Source of the DNA: Camelus dromedarius
Taxonomy: Eukaryota
Direction of reading: 5' to 3'
Length of the DNA: 64,000 nt
NCBI RefSeq assembly: GCF_036321535.1
Contig: NC_087458.1
Location: forward strand, 4,216,001 to 4,280,000
A program made the position numbers and the translations under genes. This document shows positions 62,229 to 64,000 of this stretch, piece by piece; position 1 is the stretch's first letter; every line of letters begins with the position of its first letter. The notes below the pieces were generated by a model, which did not search any database, was not told where the DNA came from, and saw only the letters and a program-made list of their open reading frames with translations.

Positions 62229-62501
62229 ATGAGGGACCCTGTGAGTAGCCAGTACAGCTCCTTTCTTTTCTGGAGGATGCCCATTCCAGAACTGGATCTG
62301 TCGGAGCTGGAAGGCCTGGGTCTGTCAGATACACCCACCTACAAGATCAAGGACAGCAGCGTTGGCAAAATGACCGGGCAAGCAACTGGAGCAGAACAGG
62401 AGAAAAGCCCTGACGGCGATGCCCTCCTTGAGTACAGCACCTTCAACTTTTGGAGAGCGCCCATTGCCAGCATCCACTCCTTCGAATTGGACTTGCTCTA
62501 A
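62229..62501 (+). CDS. MLLT11: AF1q / MLLT11, single coding exon, 90 aa
   Basis: The ORF reads MRDPVSSQYSSFLFWRMPIPELDLSELEGLGL...EYSTFNFWRAPIASIHSFELDLL*. The acceptor ttctttttag|gaagttATG starts the exon at 62223. Confidence 0.97.
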   Translation: MRDPVSSQYSSFLFWRMPIPELDLSELEGLGLSDTPTYKIKDSSVGKMTGQATGAEQEKSPDGDALLEYSTFNFWRAPIASIHSFELDLL

Positions 62502-63640
62502 GCCCAAGACCTCTCCCGCCACCTTGCCCTCATTGTCTGCCCTTTCAAGCCCCTTACTTTCCACACTTTTCCCCTATTAATCTTGCTCTCTCCCCTCTAT
62601 TGTGTTGAGGTGGTGCTGATGAATCTGCCAGAATTGTGGNNNNNNNNNNNNNNNNNNNNNNNNNNNNNNNNNNNNNNNNNNNNNNNNNNNNNNNNNNNNN
62701 NNNNNNNNNNNNNNNNNNNNNNNNNNNNNNNNNNNNNNNNNNNNNNNNNNNNNNNNNNNNNNNNNNNNNNNCTCAAAAGCCTATCTATCTTTTTTTCTTT
62801 CCTATCAGTTTCTCTCAGAAGCCCTCAAGCCACAAAGTAAAGGGTTCAAGCAATGGAGTATTGGATCACAGGGAGTCCTCCTTTCCCTCCTCCAGATGTT
62901 AATTCCAGAAAACAGGCCTGGTGAGGGCACCCGAGAGCAGTATAGTAGTGAAAATGGAGGACTGATTTTTTTTACTTCTTTTTGAACAGCTTCAGAGATT
63001 GCTCAAACCTTCCTAATTTCTTGCTCCAGGCTTGTGAACAAATATTTCTTCAAGGGTTGGTGAAAACCTTGTAGTTTTTAATTTGAGATTATCTGCTACA
63101 AGACTGTGGGATACTGTAGGATTTCTAAAATGCTAAGGTGATAAGACTCATTTTTTTAATTCTACTTCTTGTAATACACTTTTTCTCAGAGAAAGGGGTA
63201 GTTCAAGGTATAAAACAAGAGGAAATAATACATCATGGGAAATGACAATAAAGGAAAGCATTGAATGTCAGAAATAGGCACCCTCTCTCACAAAAGTGTT
63301 CCTTCTTCAAGCCTACTCACTTTACAAATTTTCTTCTGTGGGTTGAAAACTCTAGCAGAGGAAAATCACTCGGATTTCAAATATTAAGATGCAGTCTTGC
63401 TGACTATTATGATAATTTGTAAGGTTTTATTCAGTTTTTAAAAAGCATAGGATTTGGTTGTAGTGTTTTAGTTTTGCCCTCCTGCATTTGCAGTGTAGAA
63501 TACTAATCAATGGGCCTCAGGCACATTTCCTCAGCTACCTTGAAACCAGAGAAATGAACAATCACACTGACCCTACACCTTGTCCCCAGTCCTTCCAAAA
63601 TTACTGCTGCTGATTTGTGCTGCCATTTAATCACTTCTTT

Positions 63641-63646
63641 AATAAA
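63641..63646 (+). terminator. MLLT11 polyadenylation signal
   Basis: AATAAA about 1.14 kb after the stop codon, at the end of an AT-rich UTR. Confidence 0.6.
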
Positions 63647-64000
63647 GACATTCAATCCCAGACCTGGATTCTAGTTTTCTCTTCACAGGGGAGGAGTGTA
63701 CATTTCAACAATTAGCCTTGCTTTCACTTTCAGCTTATGTATTTTATCTTTCTAATACTCAGTTTTGAGGAAGAAGGATTTGAGTAGCCTTTACACATTA
63801 AAATGATGAACTTCAGGTTGAACAGATAAGCAACAGGAAAAACGGGTGAAATCAACTTAAAATTAAAGTATTTCGGGAGAAAGCTGTAACCAACCACTTG
63901 TGCTTGCCCATTGACTACCAACATATTTGAGGTAATAGTTCTAGATGGCAGTAAATCTGCCCTTCATTATCTCAGCCTTGGTGCCTAAGAAAATAAACGA

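Noticed and set aside
39503-62771. Four N blocks (39503-39677, 39814-39943, 50601-50761, 62640-62771) and the ORFs spanning them
   Set aside because: These are unknown bases, and ORFs through them are artefacts. Three fall inside repeats (L1, MER20-like) and one in the MLLT11 3' UTR; nothing can be inferred about their content.

Overview
This is mammalian genomic DNA syntenic to human 1q21.3, most likely camelid (inferred from tRNA-Ala-derived Vic-1-like SINEs). Seven protein-coding genes were reconstructed exon by exon with GT-AG junctions and intact frames: ANXA9 (+, 345 aa), MINDY1/FAM63A (-, 470 aa), PRUNE1 (+, 453 aa), BNIPL (+, 356 aa), C1orf56/MENT (+, 344 aa), CDC42SE1 (-, 79 aa) and MLLT11/AF1q (+, 90 aa). 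There are two head-to-head CpG-island promoters (MINDY1/PRUNE1 and CDC42SE1/MLLT11) and a C1orf56 island. Repeats include three young SINEs, a solo ERV-type LTR, L1 3' fragments, MER20, MER2-like, MER21-like, MIR and L2 elements, and four N blocks. I found no CRISPR array, rRNA or true tRNA gene, and I cannot support a wholly new biological system. The most interesting points are fine-scale: a sense-oriented intact LTR ahead of the MINDY1 coding exons, a strong in-frame upstream ATG in C1orf56, a TSR-like fold hint in C1orf56, a GAG acceptor on the catalytic PRUNE1 exon 2, a (CAG)8 repeat born in a SINE target-site duplication, and overlapping antisense 3' UTRs. Comparisons with human proteins and repeat consensi are from memory, not from a search.
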